From NCBI GenBank assembly GCA_018985225.1, contig JADGIF010000396.1:1-9374 (forward strand): a stretch of 9,374 bases of DNA, in the 5' to 3' direction. Positions 8,490 through 9,374 of the stretch are shown here, piece after piece. Every line of letters begins with the position of its first letter. The stretch's first letter is position 1. The notes beneath the pieces are model-generated. The model was not told the DNA's origin, did no database searches, and saw only the letters and a list, made by a program, of their open reading frames with translations. Position numbers and translations under genes: made by a program. Source of the DNA: Amoeboradix gromovi X-113 (Eukaryota > Fungi > Sanchytriomycota).

Positions 8490-9171
8490 TGAAAAGTGGC
8501 TACGTGTAAAGGGGATGAAAAAAGAAAAGTCATATACCATTCGACATCCTGTTGTCTATTAAAAAGTATCCAATTATAATCTACAAGCCATGTGAGACCA
8601 TTGCACCAGCATCAAATCACCACTAACGCCAAAAACTCAAGAAAGGAGGATCTGATTTATATAGAAGTTGTTTAGGAATAGTATTGGTTACGAATATTGA
8701 ATGCAAAAATAAAAAGAATAACACAGTTTGCTATAGTAACGACACTTAAAAGCATGATAGAAATGGTCGGTATAGTATCTCGATCAGGAAACTAGCGTAA
8801 GCCTCTTGAGTAAAAGATTTTGGTATTTCGCTTGTTCCTGAGCGTGGAATCTCTAAAAGGTGCTATACTTTTCATAGGGATGATTGCAAGTATAACATGT
8901 TCAGTATCCCATGCTGGTTCGGGGTTAAGCCAGAGCACCCATTGAGATGCAGTTGCGATATATATGTGAATGGATGTCACAAACACTAGAGTCATAGAAC
9001 TCTATTAATAAATGATGATACACAGGACTGATAAAAAAGAGTAATTGATGAGACCCGGTATCCGCCTAACGCATTGGTGATAAATTTGACGATTATTACT
9101 TGACCATCTCTACTTTTTGAGACGTTTGTTATAGTGTTTCTCTAGTTTTCATGGTGGAATTCTGACTTCAT
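8490..9171 (-). pseudogene. Possible decayed multi-pass membrane protein gene
   Basis: The frame of the 8792-8995 ORF continues past scattered stops through TM-like stretches (ISIMLLSVVTIANCVILFIFAF; FLEFLALVVI*CWCNGLTWLV). Upstream, a second frame is nearly open from 9171 to ~8992, implying one frameshift. Confidence 0.3.
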
Positions 9172-9182
9172 GATTACATTTG

Positions 9183-9363
9183 GGACATCAAATATAAAAA
9201 ATGGACTAACTTTCTGTAACAACTTGGACATTATTTCAGCGTTATTAATTTTATGGATTTAAGAGGCGAGTGGACATTCAGCTAGTTGCGGAGTTGACGA
9301 GTATAAAAGGAAAATAAATAACTTTTTGTATCGAAATTTCAAAAACAAATATTCTGTACAGCT
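9183..9363. repeat. Right arm of the long inverted repeat (inner tip GGACATCAAATATAAAAAATGGACTAA)
   Basis: 9187-9363 is the reverse complement of 1-178 at ~95% identity. 9183-9186 is additionally shared with the copy at 300. The last 11 nt (9364-9374) have no partner because the left end stops earlier. Confidence 0.97.
9302..9309 (+). promoter_or_regulatory. TATA-box-like TATAAAAG inside the repeat, pointing out of the window (mirror copy at 55-62 on the - strand)
   Basis: Consensus TATAWAWR directly downstream of a locally GC-rich tract (GAGGCGAGTGGAC...GCGGAGTTGACGAG) and identical in both arms. Motif evidence only, in AT-rich DNA. Confidence 0.3.
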
Positions 9364-9374
9364 ATTCTCTTACT

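Noticed and set aside
1-9374. Stop-codon reassignment (TAA/TAG to Gln, as in some aphelids and ciliates) to explain the interrupted frames
   Set aside because: Conserved genes contain no internal stops and terminate at TAA or TAG at the expected positions (after SKL, AKL and the LYS4 C-terminus).
1-9374. Prokaryotic features (operon, CRISPR, IS) or telomeric tandem repeats
   Set aside because: Introns, PTS1 signals and gene content indicate a eukaryotic nuclear origin. No spaced direct-repeat array or telomere repeat is present.

Overview
AT-rich, gene-dense eukaryotic DNA in the standard genetic code, most likely from a compact fungal genome. The fungal call rests on a fused LYS4 homoaconitase (alpha-aminoadipate pathway), a Nur1/Mug154-like membrane protein and a Ptc5-type phosphatase. 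Four housekeeping genes are recognisable: Nur1/Mug154-like (+), Ptc5/PDP-type PP2C phosphatase (+), peroxisomal acyl-CoA oxidase (+) and homoaconitase (-). Two things stand out. (1) The phosphatase and the oxidase are each split by a GT-AG intron of exactly 19 nt whose removal restores the frame, and a third, weaker 19-nt candidate lies on the - strand. This is far below normal fungal intron size. (2) The window is bracketed by a ~178-bp inverted repeat (1-178 vs 9187-9363, 8 substitutions plus 1 indel by manual alignment), and its inner ~27-bp tip recurs at 300-326. This could be a linear or mobile unit with terminal inverted repeats, or a contig broken at two inward-facing copies of a dispersed element. 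The sequence alone cannot decide between these. Intergenic stretches contain decayed ORFs and two hairpin-rich regions that I could not assign.
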